Source: the human T2T-CHM13v2.0 reference genome, Homo sapiens. Taken from it: DNA of 64,000 nucleotides. Location: NCBI RefSeq assembly GCF_009914755.1, contig NC_060936.1; one strand, given 5' to 3'. A model generated the notes under the pieces. It did not search any database, was not told where the DNA came from, and was given only the letters and a program-made list of their open reading frames with translations. Every line of letters starts with the position of its first letter. Within the stretch, counting starts at the first letter, position 1. Both the position numbers and the translations under genes were made by a program. Below are positions 13,901 to 31,919 of this stretch, piece by piece.

Positions 13901-14224
13901 AATAGTCTTTACTCCACAGAATGTATTCAACATAAAAATGTTATGTTTTTTTCATATATCGTTTTAACACTGAAGCTTTTAAGTGTCCATTAACAGTGAA
14001 CTTAAAATATTGAGGTAGACATTTACATCAAATTGAGATTGTCGGATGTACATTGGTAGAAGAAATTGGTCTAGTTACATTTTTTAGGCTAAAAATAACT
14101 GCTGACATTTGTATATTAGACTATCTTGTGCCATAAAACGGAAGTTTAGAAAATTTAGGAAACACCTTACCAAAGTAGGAAATTTGATCAAACTTTGAAA
14201 GGCTTTGAAAGTCCTTGGATATCC

Positions 14225-14815
14225 TAGGAGAGGATAAATTATGTTCCTTGGCCAAATTTGGCCTAAGAATAATTTTTAAATTTTTAACAGTGAAAGAGAG
14301 GGAGGAGAAAGAGAACACAGAATAATATGCAACAGAATCTTATGTGGCCTACAAAGTAAAAACATTTATTGTATTACTTTGCTAGGACGGCCATAACAAT
14401 GTACTACAGACTGGGTGGCTTAAATAACAGAAGTTTATTTTCTTACAATTGAAAGGTTGCAAGTCTGAAATGAAGGTGTCAGCAGGGTTGTATGCTTCTG
14501 AGGCCTCACTTCTTGGCTTGTAGATGTCCGTCTTCTCCCTGTGTCTTCACACAGTCTTTCCTCTGTGTAAGTCTGTGTCCAAATTCCCTCTTCTTAGGAT
14601 ACCAGTCCTATTGGATGAGGGCCTACTCTAATGACTCCATTTCAATTTAATTCCCTCATTAATGAACCCATCTACAAATATAGTCACATTCTGAGATATT
14701 GGAGGTTAAGTCTTCAATATATGAAATTTAGGGAGACGCAATTCAAACCACATTTTCTGTCTGTTTTTTTGTTTGTTTGTTTTGTTTGTTTTTACAAAAA
14801 GTAGTTAGCAGCCTG
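14225..14815 (+). mobile_element. MER58A hAT-Charlie element split by MLT1B
   Basis: ggccaaatttggcc...gcaacagaatcttatgtggcctacaaagtaaaacattta before the LTR, and tttacaaaaagtagttagcagcctg after it. Confidence 0.6.
14370..14752 (-). mobile_element. MLT1B solo LTR (ERVL-MaLR)
   Basis: TG...CA termini; tgtattac...ccataacaatgtactacagactgggtggcttaaataacagaagtttattttctt...cacattctgagatattggaggttaag. Confidence 0.9.
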
Positions 14816-14949
14816 TGTTCTGGAAGCCTGAGAAGGGTACACCTGACAAGGGAACCAGTAGTTTCCTAGTGCCTCCTTTACTATTTGTCTGACATTATAT
14901 ATAAATTGAGAGAATCACTCAATTTAGAGATTTGCTTTCCCATTACCAA

Positions 14950-15120
14950 TTTGTTTGGCTTATTTTACTTAGCATAATGTCCTCCAGGTTCACCCATATT
15001 GTCATAAATGACCAAATTTCTTTCTTTTTTAATGCTGAATAGTATTTCATTGTGTATATATACCAGATTTTCTTTATCCATTCATTCAACGATGGATACC
15101 TAGGTTGCTTCCAAATCTTA
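14950..15120 (-). mobile_element. L1M 3' fragment
   Basis: ggcttattttacttagcataatgtcctccaggttcacccat...gctgaatagtatttcattgtgtatatatacca. Confidence 0.85.
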
Positions 15121-15127
15121 AAATTTA

Positions 15128-15245
15128 AATATATCTATCTCTATCTGTCTATATACTTACAGATCTATCTATAGATAGAGATAGATAGATATAGATATAG
15201 ATATAGATATAGATATAGGTCCATCTATAGATAGGTAGATAGATA
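15128..15245. repeat. Compound (TATC)n / (GATA)n / (GATATA)n microsatellite
   Basis: The motif flips strand at the palindrome tctatctatagataga (15164-15179). Confidence 0.9.
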
Positions 15246-15613
15246 ATTTGCTGAGGGAAAAATGCCTCAGGGAATTAGTGGCCAAGCCAAACCATTTAAT
15301 TCTAACTTTGGGTCAAAGGGGCAGGGTTTAATATTATGGAAATATTTGCCTGGAGTTAGCCATGGACAGAAGAAGAAAGTAGGTGAGCACAAATCTGTGA
15401 CCACAAAGGAAGTCTGAAAATCAAAGTAAATAACAGCAAACTCAACATCGGGGTGGACCTGGATGTGGTGATGTTATGACAGAAACAACAATAACCATTA
15501 ATATTTTTTACTGCTTTACAAGGCCATATAATAGTATTTTGTGACATTTTGTCATTTGATCCATATCACCAAATGAATATGATGATTACCTACTGTCTAC
15601 TTCCCCCAACCAC

Positions 15614-15640
15614 CACACACACACACACACACACACACAC
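15614..15640. repeat. (CA)n microsatellite
   Basis: About 13 CA units. Confidence 0.95.
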
Positions 15641-15986
15641 CCCTTTACAGATTAGGAAACACAGCTGAAATTATAACATAGGCTTTAATCTCCTTAAGCA
15701 TTGGGTCAAAATATCCAAAAATAATACAAGAACTTCAATAATCTTTTTATAAATGAAGTCAGATGCCTAACATGTCTCCTCATTGGTGTGTAGGCGGGTT
15801 GTAGGTTTAAGACTGGGTTGGCACTGTCAACAGACACTGTCTCTAAAGAAAACAAAAACAAACTCAAATGGTTCATCAGCAAGTACTTGCTTTTGTGTCC
15901 ACATTTTGACCTAGCTAGAATATGCTAGATACTTTCCTGTAAAGCACCTTCAAAACAATTAGTTGGTGGCTCCCTTTTGTACACAG

Positions 15987-16136
15987 ATAAATTCAATATA
16001 ACACATGTCTGCCTTTACTTTTTGTGTTAATATTTGGAAACGTACAAAATTTTGTTTCCAAAATTTTCCAAATATCAATGTGTTTCCAAATATCAATACA
16101 AAAAGTAAAGACAGACATGTGTTATGTTGAATTTAT
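15987..16136. repeat. 55-bp inverted repeat (51/55 matching) with 40-bp spacer
   Basis: Arms 15987-16041 and 16082-16136, aligned by hand. Confidence 0.95.
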
Positions 16137-18556
16137 TTCCCCATATAACTCAGAATCTTAAGGAGTTTTTCTGTATATTTTAAACTTAATATGAGATGCA
16201 TCTGAGGAATTCAGATGTAGAATTTTTCAGTAGTCTTGAGACCCAATAAAAACAGTTTCTAGCATAGATACTATTTTTGTAAAGATTTAAATTCACAGTT
16301 AAGGTCAACATCTGGCTGAATTTAACATTCACATTTGACAGTTTTACTCTCATTAAAAAATGTTTAGCATTTTTTCAAAGCAGAAGCTGTCTTTTATTTT
16401 AATAAAGGTCTTCATATATTTGCTTTGTTCCTTGAGGGATGGATTGGTACGCTTGAACTACTCTGTGCAGTTAGAATTTAAGGCCATATCACTAGATAAT
16501 CCACGTAGCAAAATAAAATGCAAATGAAAAGGGCAAAGGGCACGGTATAATGAGCAAGAGGATTTATTGTCTTGTCTTCTATTTCCATATCCTTTGGGAA
16601 AATGTAAAAGTGGGAAATGAGGAATAGTTCTCTCTGCTTTCTCTGGCAAATTATGGTTGATAATTTAGCTATTAGATAACCGTATAGAATATGCCAAGTG
16701 ATTTCCCAAACTAGTCACTTTTCAATTTTATCTATGTGTAAGTATCCACAGGTTCTTTAATTGCAAACAGTACTCACATGCTCAATGCATTATTTTTATT
16801 ACTGAAACTGCAAAATAGACATGTGATAATATACATTTACACAGCCAAAACCCCCCTCCACACACACACACAAACACACACACAAACATCATTAAAGAGT
16901 CAAATTAATTTCAACTAGAACATCCTTATGGGAAAATATGTGAGAAAATATATGCAAAAATATGTACCATTTATTGAGCATATGCGGTGCACAAACTACG
17001 TATTTATTATTTAATTCATGTGATCCCACTCCCAACAAGAATCTAAAATGTAGATACCACTAGTGCCATTATACATATAATGAGACAGAGGTGTATAGAG
17101 ATCAATTAAACAAACTAGCTTAACGGATTTAAACTTAGTTTGTCTTATCACCAATCCTATTTTCTGTCTACTATAACACTTTGACATGTGAAATATAGTT
17201 AAAGGAGAATTTGAAAACAACTTGATGAACAGTCTGGAATCCTCTGTAAAGATAAATTCAAGTCATTGACTGAATATAGGATGTTTCATACCTATAATGC
17301 ACATAAGCAGCAACTAAAGAGTCAGGCTTCATTTCCTCCCTCTGTGTGTACCAATTAGAGGTCCTGAAATATTAATAAACTGGCTGATTTAGGAGAGAAT
17401 ACCATTACATTTTTTTTTGTCCTACATGTTGCTTGGAAGCAACAAACATATCATGGGCACTCAGTAAATGTTATTTAACGACAACTAATAAAATGAAATT
17501 ATGGTAATATATTTTGTAATGAACTCACCATAAGATGAGGCAAAGTAAGTTTTAGTACTAAACCTGGAAGTTGAGCAGATTTCAATGGCTGGGTAGGTGA
17601 ATGAATCCTATGGGGAGGCAAGAGACACTAACATGATTGTGGTAGAGAATGTTAATAAGAGGTCAGATATATAAAATTTTTATTGCACTTTGACAATTGG
17701 AGCTGCCCCTCCTGATTTTCATATATGTTATATTCATCTAACATTCAAAAGGCAAATTAAAGAATATATTGCTAAACTTCTATTCTAGCTCCTCCATACC
17801 CAAACATGAAGTGACTATTTCATTATCCATTGGTATCATCATTGGTATGATTTTGGAAGAACATGAAATATGTTCCCTGAAATGCTTTCTTTTTTTCCTA
17901 CTTGTGCCTCCTTTAGCACATTGTTTGAGATTTTCGGAAGAGTCAGTTGTAATTTTTAAAAATAGAAAAGAGAGAGAGAGGATGTTAAATCACTGTATCC
18001 TCTGAAAGTCATAAGCCATCGAATTGTAAAACTCTAAGACATTCAGGAGTGTATGTAGTTTCAGAGAGTGCACTTCTGTAGGTTTAAATTAGAGCTGTGA
18101 GTTATTGGGGGAGAAACCAGACTGGGAGCAATCTCACTTTTTTAATGCTTTAAAGTGAGTGGAGGGAAAAGGTTCCACAAAGGAGAGAAAGCTTGCCAAA
18201 TGGAGGAATCCGTAGGGAAATTTTAATTTAAGGCGCTGTTCCTCAATTCCTGTAAAGTTCATGAAAAAAGAAGTACTTAAAAGTCTCTTTGAGGACTTTA
18301 TACTCTTTTCTCTTTTCCATTTTTTTGCCTTTTACAATCCCTGTGAGGAAAAGAGAAAATGCACTTAAAGTTACGATTTGGGTGACTCAATCCTTCCCTC
18401 TTTCCTTTGTTCTAATAGTCTTTCAAATGCTCCAAAGAAATTAGAATACACTTAACAAGTGCTCTTGTGAAGCTCAGCCACCACTTCCTCTCTTGAGCCT
18501 GTATTAACCCACTGAAGGGAACACAAACTCTGTGTTCCAGTCCATACAGCAGCAGG

Positions 18557-18602
18557 TACACCATGCTCCAGGTCAAATATACACCATGCTCCAGGTCAAA
18601 TA
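18557..18602. repeat. Perfect 23-bp tandem duplication
   Basis: tacaccatgctccaggtcaaata x2. Confidence 0.95.
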
Positions 18603-20612
18603 TACCTGCTATTCTAACCATTTTTATAGTCATTTTTAACACAGAAAAACAGCAACAATATGATAGATTTCATTGAGCCTATTCACACAATAATAAAACA
18701 TTAAAAAAAGCTCAAGAGCCCTAATACTACATGTTTATAAGATCACTGTGATTACTATATGCTTCTTTTCTATTCTACACTCCCATTCTCTCTCTGATAC
18801 AGAACATACACACACACACCTTTAACTTTTCAGAAACAGACACGGAAGTCACCTTTGCTGTTCTAAGATATCATAAGTATAATGGGATAAATTTCAGTTT
18901 CGAATAAGGCTTTCTCCCATTTTATCGGTTCTGTTGATATTCAGAAGTTTTTCAGTTTTTAGCATTTTGCTTTGCTAAACATTTCTTGTACTTCTATGAA
19001 AGGCATTGAGGTTTTCACTAACAGAACAAAGTTAAATAATAATTTTGTAGCATAATTAACTGAAACTGTAGCAATCAATTTTAGTAAAATCCTTTCAAAC
19101 TCAAAAATAGATATCTGTAAGGCAAACAATTATATCTACATAATATTATCAAAAAGACTTATACTGAAGTTTCTTTAAATTAAATACTTTCATCATTCAA
19201 ATATTTATGTATCATACGCATCCATGATACCAAAATAAATACAAGCATTTGAGACAAAGTTTGTATTTTGGAAAATATAAATAAAATACTATGATTGTTT
19301 TAAAAGATTCAAAAATACATATGGGTAAGTGAGTTTCCAAAGTACATATTTTTCTTCATTATATATTGCAGCTACAAAAGGAAAATCCTCAAGAGAATTA
19401 ATATGAACTTATGATAATGCAGCCTGCAGCACGGTTTTGTTGTGATTTTTTCTGTTTTTGCTGACAATGCAATTCAAACTATATTCTACTAATCTTCAGT
19501 AAAGGGAGCAGATTATTTCACCTATAAACATGCAGCAATAAAGTGTCATTCTTCAGTCCATACAGACTACTTAACATCTTTCTCTTTTTACAGGTTTGGA
19601 TCCCTAGCTCATTAGACTATTACCTGATAAAGAAGAGAGGGTAATGAATTGAGAAAATAACTACGTACCTTCAGAGAAAACCTGCCCGATAACAATAATC
19701 CATTAGAAAACTGGCAATATCCTCTGATCTATTGCCCGCAAAGCCATGACTTGATGGAGAGTTTCATTCCCTGGGCTCAGTTCTCCAGAAGAAAATCAGC
19801 ACAATTTAAATATTTCTTGGAATGTGACAGCTCTCTAGATCCCGGGTTGCATTCTGTTCCCCAGGGATGGCAATCTGGTGTTCCTGTGTGCATAGAGCAG
19901 TGAAGATGAATTGAAAACGCTTGAGATAAATTAGGAATGGCTAAGTTAAAATTGTCTCTGCTCCAGACTCTCTCATCTGCAGTCTGCAAGCCTGTTTTTC
20001 TGTGAAAAAGCTAGATGGCAGGCTGCCTCAGTAAGTTCTTCTTAAGCGACAGAGAGCATTTTCAATGAAGAAAAATTCTCCCATTATCTAAGCTAATGTG
20101 ACTGCTACTAAATCTAGTTTTTAAAGTGTCTGCTGGCATGAAATTCATTTTCACTATTGCTTTCTTTCAAACTAGTCTAGAATCCACACTATCAGGCTAT
20201 ATACAGTTCTATCTGACAGAAATATTTGAAGTTTTCTCTTTACAAATTAAATCATATCTCTTTTTTTTCAGTTTATTAATCATCTATGTATAGGAAATTT
20301 TCTCTTTGGGTCCAAAAGACAGTTTATTGTATTTTATATTATGCAGAAGATTTTAAGTTGCAGTACCTCAATATGAATTCTTGCATTTTTATTACCAATC
20401 ACTTATTTTAATGCAGATTCACAGAGAAGAGTTATCATTTTTAGATGTCAGTCAAAATGCAGAAGTTATATAGAAATAGAAAAGAGGAATTTCTAATCAT
20501 AATATGTGACCACAGAAGTGAATATTAACTCTTTGAATATCCTCTTCAAGAAAATATGATGTTCCAAATAAAACTAAGGTTCATAAATCATTTCTCTTCT
20601 AAATAAAAATGA

Positions 20613-20979
<367 letters not shown>

Positions 20980-22029
20980 GATATGACAGTTTTTTCTCTA
21001 AGTTAGAAAATTCTTTTAGCATTTTCATAATATTCTGGATTTGAGATATAACACAAATACACTGTAATAGATGTATTGGCAATACACAAACACTGAAAGT
21101 TTATCAAAATGTTTTATTCTACTTCTTCACTTGTATTTGTTACACAAAACGATTTTCACATAATCAAAAAGCACACTTAAAAGCATCATAGTCCATGAGA
21201 ATATGTACATTAAAAAATCCCTGCTGGCTATAAAAACAATCTCATGCTTGCCATAGCTTTCAACATGATGATCTGTAATGCTCTATGTCTATTTGACATT
21301 TAAGCAAATTGTTGCTTCCATGACAAAAATGGGGTTTCCACACTGTGAGAGAAACAAAAACAATATAATCACCTGACAGTCAACAAAAAAGTAAACAAGA
21401 ATTTCCCTTTTTTCTCTACCCACCCTATAACTGTAGCTGACCACTTCACTCAAGGAGGTACAGAGGAAAAGAAAATGGAGAAACAAAACGAAACGCCACA
21501 GCAAGATGCCTCCAATCCTTCTACCTCTTGAGAAGTAGCATCACTGTAGCTATTTCTGAATAAACACAAGGAGATTGGAAAGAAGCAGCTTCAGTATTTC
21601 AGTTGGAAACTAAAATTATCCAGCATATTTTAAAAGACCATTAAAGAAAGAAAGGAAGCAAGCAAGCAAAACTATTTATTGGCCTCAAATGCTATTTCTA
21701 AAATGTCCATGGTGTTCAGCGCCTATGATATTAAAAACAAAAATGTAAAAAGATAAAAGTCTATTTAATAATTGACAGTTGACTGAATATCTAACTGCAT
21801 TGCACTAATGTGCATTGAGTACCTCAATTAACATAATAAGTAACTACAGCAGTAATGAGTTTTTTTTTTTTTTTTTGATGTCTCAGATGTCTATCTCCAC
21901 CTAGAATCTACCAATTTTACTAACACTATATTGCAATGATGATTACCCATTGGTGAATTCAGGACCACATGCAATTACATTAGAGTGATAGGTAAACTAT
22001 TCTTGGAGCATAAAAAATTGTTTTTGTAG

Positions 22030-22740
22030 GAAGTAACTTTTTAAAATAGACCAAGTAAGCCTTAGTTAAAAGGATGAGAAATATTTCTAGGCAGTGGGAA
22101 CAAAATCCCAAGGGAAATATACGTATTACATTTGCATAAGTGAAAGCAGCTCAGTATGGCTTGGTTGCAGAGTGAGGTATGAAGGACATGGAAAGAGAAG
22201 AGTCTGGGGAGAAAATGAGTCTTTTATACTTTCTTAATGAGATTGGGCTTTATCTTTGAATTGGAAATCACTGAGAGCTCTTAAATAGAGAATTTTAGAA
22301 AGATCAATTTTTATGCCATGCTCCAGTTAAAAAGCATCACCACATACCTAGTTAGCCAAGCCAGATGCCTAGTAGTTATACTATTTCTCTCATTATTTCT
22401 AGCTTTCATCATCTCTTACTTATATGATGGCCAGAATCTTTTATTTCATCTTTCTATTTTGAGTCATTTTCTCCATCAATTCTAACATAGCTGCCAGTTC
22501 TCTCTCTAAAATATGCATAATCATGCTCTTGCTCACAACAGTTTATTTACTCATTATCACCTGGAAATTAATGTTCCCAATCCTTAAAATGATCTGCAAG
22601 ATCTGACTGTATAACTTTTTAAATTGATACTTCATAAGAAAACTAGTAAGCCACATTATTAAATTTTACCATAAATTTATAGAATGTTGTTTTCATTCTG
22701 CTTCCTTCTTTCTTTACTCCAACTATGTACTATTTTTTCC
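22030..22740. mobile_element. L2 relics (minus-strand piece followed by plus-strand piece)
   Basis: Purine-rich L2-like segment to ~22320, then pyrimidine-rich L2-like segment (caagccagatgcctagtagttatactatttctctc...). Confidence 0.45.
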
Positions 22741-23894
22741 CCAAAAGATCATAAAACTATCTTACTAACTTTTAGAAAAACACTTCAAATATTTCGTCAA
22801 TTAATGTACATTCCCATTTCATATTATCTTCAATTAACTTCATGCAAGACCTAAGTTGTAAAAAGGGATTGCATTTCATTTTCATTGTGTAGTTGTGGTA
22901 TAGGTCTACATATAATATACATATATATATTAAAATATATTTATGTTCTGTTATTACTAAACTCACAGATCTCTGCAAGTTCTTTTGTAAAATACTTTTT
23001 CAAATTGCAGTTTCAACTAAAATATTGAAAGTCTTAATAGTACAACACAATTAATTTTATCACTCAATTTAAATAGCAATAATAAATAAAATTTACTTAT
23101 TTATTCATTATATATAATTTTAGAAAATTATTTACTCTTGGGGTGATTTTATAGTAGCTGTAGCAGTACAAAAATTTGGCTTGCTTTGTAACAAAATCAC
23201 TTCATCATGTATACATTTCTTTATTTTTAATAACATTGTCTTTAAAAATTATTGGGGAGACTGACTTGACTACATGAGGAGGAATTGCAACGTTGCCAAA
23301 TTAAGGAATAATAAGACAAACATCGACATGGCATCCTGCTCATAAATAAAATTGATGTAAGTCTAGAAGATACGAAATATTTACGACAGTTTTAATAAAG
23401 GTAGTTTATGTAGAACATCTTTGTAAACTGAAAGCATTGCATGAAGAGGAGTATAGACTTACATTAAATATAAGAATATACTTAATCAAGGAGTTGAAAG
23501 ACTTGTATGCTGAAAGCTATAAAACATTACCGAAATAATTTTAAAAAGACACAGTACATGGAAAGATAACCCACGTACATGGATTCCAAAACTTAATGTT
23601 GTTAAGATGTTAGTACTAAACAAAGCAATCCACAGATTCAATGCACCACTATCAAAATACCACTGGTGTTTTCTGCAGAAATATAAAAAAAAAATCCATA
23701 CAGATTCTTAAGGGATCTCAAATAGCTGAAACAATCTTGGAAAACAAATTCAAAGTTGGAGATGTCACACTTCCTCATTTAAAACATTAATACAATTCTA
23801 CAGCAATCAAAACTGTGTGATACTGGCATAAATACTGACATGTAAAACAATAGGATAGAATAGAGAGCCCCCCCCCGCCCAAAACACTTGCATA

Positions 23895-24277
23895 CTGATA
23901 CTCCTCAACTTATGATGGGGTTACATCTCAATAAATCTATTGTTAAGTTGAAAATACTGTAAGTCAAAAATGCATTTAATATACCTACCTTATTGAACAT
24001 TGCAGCTTAGCCTACCATAACATGCTCAGAACACTTATCAAAACCCCAATGCTCGGGACACTTACATTAGCGTAGAGTTAAACAAAATCATCTAACTCAA
24101 AGCCTATTTTATAATAAAGTGTTTAGTATCTCATGTAATTTATTGAACACTATACTGAAATTGAAAAACCAGTAGTTGGGAACTCAAAGTACAGTTCCTC
24201 TTGAATGCATATTGATTTTGTACCTTCACAGAGTCACAAAATTGTAAGTCTGAATATTGTAAGTCAGGGGTAATTTG
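23895..24277 (+). mobile_element. MER47A (Tigger5-derived) DNA transposon
   Basis: ctgatactcctcaacttatgatggggttacatc...gtaagtcaggggtaatttg flanked by TA; small internal duplication of atgctc..acactta. Confidence 0.9.
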
Positions 24278-25302
24278 TATATGGTCAAATGATTTTCAAC
24301 AAGAATACCAAGACTTCAACCAAAAAAGGACAGTCTTTTCAAAAATGGTATTGGGAGTACTGGATATTTGCATCTGAAAGAACAAAGTTGGACATCATAT
24401 CATATATAAAAGTTAACTCAAAATGCATCAAAGACCGCAATGTAACAGCTACAACTATAAAACTCTTAGAGGAAAACAGGAAACACTTTTCCTGAAATTT
24501 GATTTGACAATGATTTCTTGGATATGACACCAAAATTATATTCAAGAAAAAAAGATATATTGAATTACATCAAAATTAAAAACTTCTTTGCACCTAAAGA
24601 CACAATCAACACAGTAAAAAAGGCAACTCAGAATAGGAGAAAACATATGCCATCATGTCTCTGATAAGAGGTTAATATTCAGAATATATGAACTCAACGC
24701 CAGAAACAAAACAACCAGATTAAGAAATGGGCAAAGGTCTTTGGATATTTCTTCAGACAGATACACAAATGGCTAATAAGCACATTAAAATATACTCTCT
24801 ATTACTAATTATTGCGGAAATGAAAATCAAAACCACATTGAGATGTTACTGCATATGTATTAGGATGAGTACAATCAGATTAGCAAAACATAGCAAGTGT
24901 TGGCAAAAATGTGGAGAGTTTTGAATCCTTGTGTAGTGTTGCTGGGAATGCTAAATATTACACATGCTATGAAAAAATGTTATGGCAGTTCCTCAAAATA
25001 TTAAAAATAAAGTCAACATATGATTCAGAAATTCCACTTTTGGGTATATACCCCAAGGAAAGAAATGCAACAGAATGAGAATCAAACAGATATTTGTGTA
25101 CCCATTTTCATAGCTGGATTATTCACAATAGCCAAAAGGTGCAAGCAACACAAATGCCCATCAAATAACAAATGGTGGCATATATGTGCAATGGAATGTT
25201 ATTCAACATTAAAAAAGAAAGAAATTCCTGACACTTCCTACAACACAGATTGTTCTTGAAGACCATTATGCTAAGTGAAATAGGCCAGTCACAAAAAGAT
25301 AA

Positions 25303-28833
<3,531 letters not shown>

Positions 28834-29526
28834 AAGACAAATATGGCATAATGATGCTTAAATGAGGGACCTAAGATAATCTTATTTATAGAGAAAGTAG
28901 AGTGGTGGTTTCCATGGATTTACAGAGGAAAGAATGCGTTATTGTTTAATGGGTATGAAGTTTCAGTTGGGAAGCTGAAAAACAGTTCTAAAGATGAATG
29001 GTGGTGATGATTGTCCAACAATATTGGGCAATCATACTTAATACCACTGAAGTGTGCACTTAAAATGATTAAAATGATAATTTTTATGTTATGTATATTT
29101 TACTAAAATAAAAAATTATGTCCAAAAGTAAATATTAAATCATTACTAATCTTTGCTGAAAGAAAATGAAGAGGTAAAAAATTCTAAGTATTTTCTTAAG
29201 TGTAAGGCAAATTATTGTTAAAATCAAAGCACTGAACATACATGCTGTTATTCTGTATGACATAGTAAATGCTCTGTAAAATGTGGGTTTTTTTTACGAG
29301 ATACCTGCTGTTATTTTTTATTATCCTTTCATCTAAAAATAATGACCTTAAAAAGTGAGTTCTTTGGGTTACGAATGCAGATGTCTAAACACAGAAAACA
29401 AGTTTATTGTTTCTTTTAACAAAAAGGATTATATATTATAGAGTAATCCGAAAACAAAGGTTAAAGAGAAGAATAAAAGGCATAAATTTCACCGGCATCA
29501 ACACTGTTAGGAATACATCCCTCCCT

Positions 29527-29877
29527 TGAGTTCATGTCCTTTGTAGGGACATAGATGAAGCTGGAAACCATCATTCTGAGCAAACTAGCTCAAGGATAGA
29601 AAAACCAAACACCGCATGTTCTCACTCATAGGTGGGAATTGAACAATGAGAACACTTGGACACAGGGCAGGGAACATCACACACCGGGGTCTGTCGTGGG
29701 GTGGGGGGAGGGGGGAGGGGGGAAGGATAGCATTAGGAAAAATACCTAATGTAAATAATGAGTTAATGGGTGCAGCAAACCAACATGGCACATGTATACA
29801 TATGTAACAAACCTGCATATTTTGCACATGTATCCTAGAACTTAAAGTATAATAAAATATATATAATAAAATAAAAA
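29527..29877 (+). mobile_element. Short 5'-truncated L1PA (L1PA5-7-type) 3' end
   Basis: L1 3'UTR with G-rich tract; TSD gaatacatccctcc / gaatatatccctcc at 29511 and 29878. Confidence 0.93.
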
Positions 29878-30037
29878 GAATATATCCCTCCTTCTCATCT
29901 CTCTCTGTCTATTCCTCTCTGTATATATGTGTTTATATGTACCTCATAGATACACCTTTTATGTAACCACAAAAAATACAAAATATATATGTTCACATTT
30001 GTACATATATAACATATGTATAAACACAAAGAATTTC

Positions 30038-30072
<35 letters not shown>
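30038..30072. repeat. (TA)n(GA)n compound microsatellite
   Basis: Seen directly. Confidence 0.9.
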
Positions 30073-30110
30073 AAAAAAAAAAATCAGTATTGCAAGATGA
30101 AAAGAGTTCT

Positions 30111-30691
<581 letters not shown>

Positions 30692-31919
30692 TTAAGATAG
30701 TAAATTTTATATTACACATATTTTATCATAATTTAAAATTTCAAAAAGCACATAATAAATATTTTTAAAAGATGCTGTCAACAGAAGATCAGTTTCAAAA
30801 ATTATTGAGAAAAGTATTTGTGAATATATTACAAAATAAAAAATCAATGATAAATCTCGGAATTCCTATTAATATTACAAATTTCAATATAGAAATTAAA
30901 AAATTAGTTATTTCCTAAAGATAAATTTTATTATTTGTAAAGTCTATGTAATTATACCAAGCAAAAATAGTTATATAAAAGTTTTTCATTAGTTTCACTC
31001 AAGATAATTTTTGATAATATATTATAAATTAGCAGTATTTCATGTTACACATCATAGCATAGACTAAAGAGCATAAACACAAATTCAAGCAAGCTGAATT
31101 ATTAATACTTAAAAGATCCCATTAATAGATCCAACTATAGAAACCTCACAAGCAGCTTATGGCATAAAAGTATGTGAGGATCTTGTTTCTTTAAAGATGT
31201 GAACCCTGACATTTAAAAAGTGCAATATGATTAGCAAACTATGTTAGGCTCTTCTAAAGTAAATAAACTTCTTATTTATCCTTAATAGTCAAACCCAAAA
31301 GATTAGAGCTCCAGAGCAGTTATCTATTCATGAATGATATTTCCATGAAAATAGAGTACTTATAAATGACTTGGGAAAATGTAATGCTAATCCTATTAGA
31401 ACTGACATCTTTGATTCAAGAAAGTGGTATTTATAAACAATAAAATATTATCCCAGCATGTATTATTTTTAAAAATTATTAAACCACTTAAATGTATTTT
31501 CTAATTAATGTTAAGTCATTTATGAGGTAGGTAAACACAATTTAATAGATCACTTGAACTGCATCACTAAAAAGATACTCCTTTTGCAGGTAAAACAGGC
31601 TATGGAAGCACCACTTTAAAAAAATTATACACACACACATACATGCCATATATTTTATAATTTTATATATTATATATAATATACGTATATATAATAAAAT
31701 ATAATAAAAAGATACCAAGATCATGATCAAGGCCAAAAGACACACTTGAAATAATTTCCCATAATTATACAGAGGGCAGGAAGTCTTAGGAATATGCAAA
31801 GGTTTTTGTTCATGACACAGAGTGGGAACAAATCCTTTAAATTATATACCACTAGTAATACTGAATCTTATACTCGTGAGAAAGACAAATATGATAATCA
31901 CAAAAACAATATATTCTAC

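Noticed and set aside
18557-18602. CRISPR-like or other prokaryotic repeat system
   Set aside because: Only two adjacent copies with no spacers, in clearly human DNA. No array exists anywhere in the window.
31648-31710. AT-rich quasi-palindrome
   Set aside because: Expected by chance in TA-rich low-complexity sequence.
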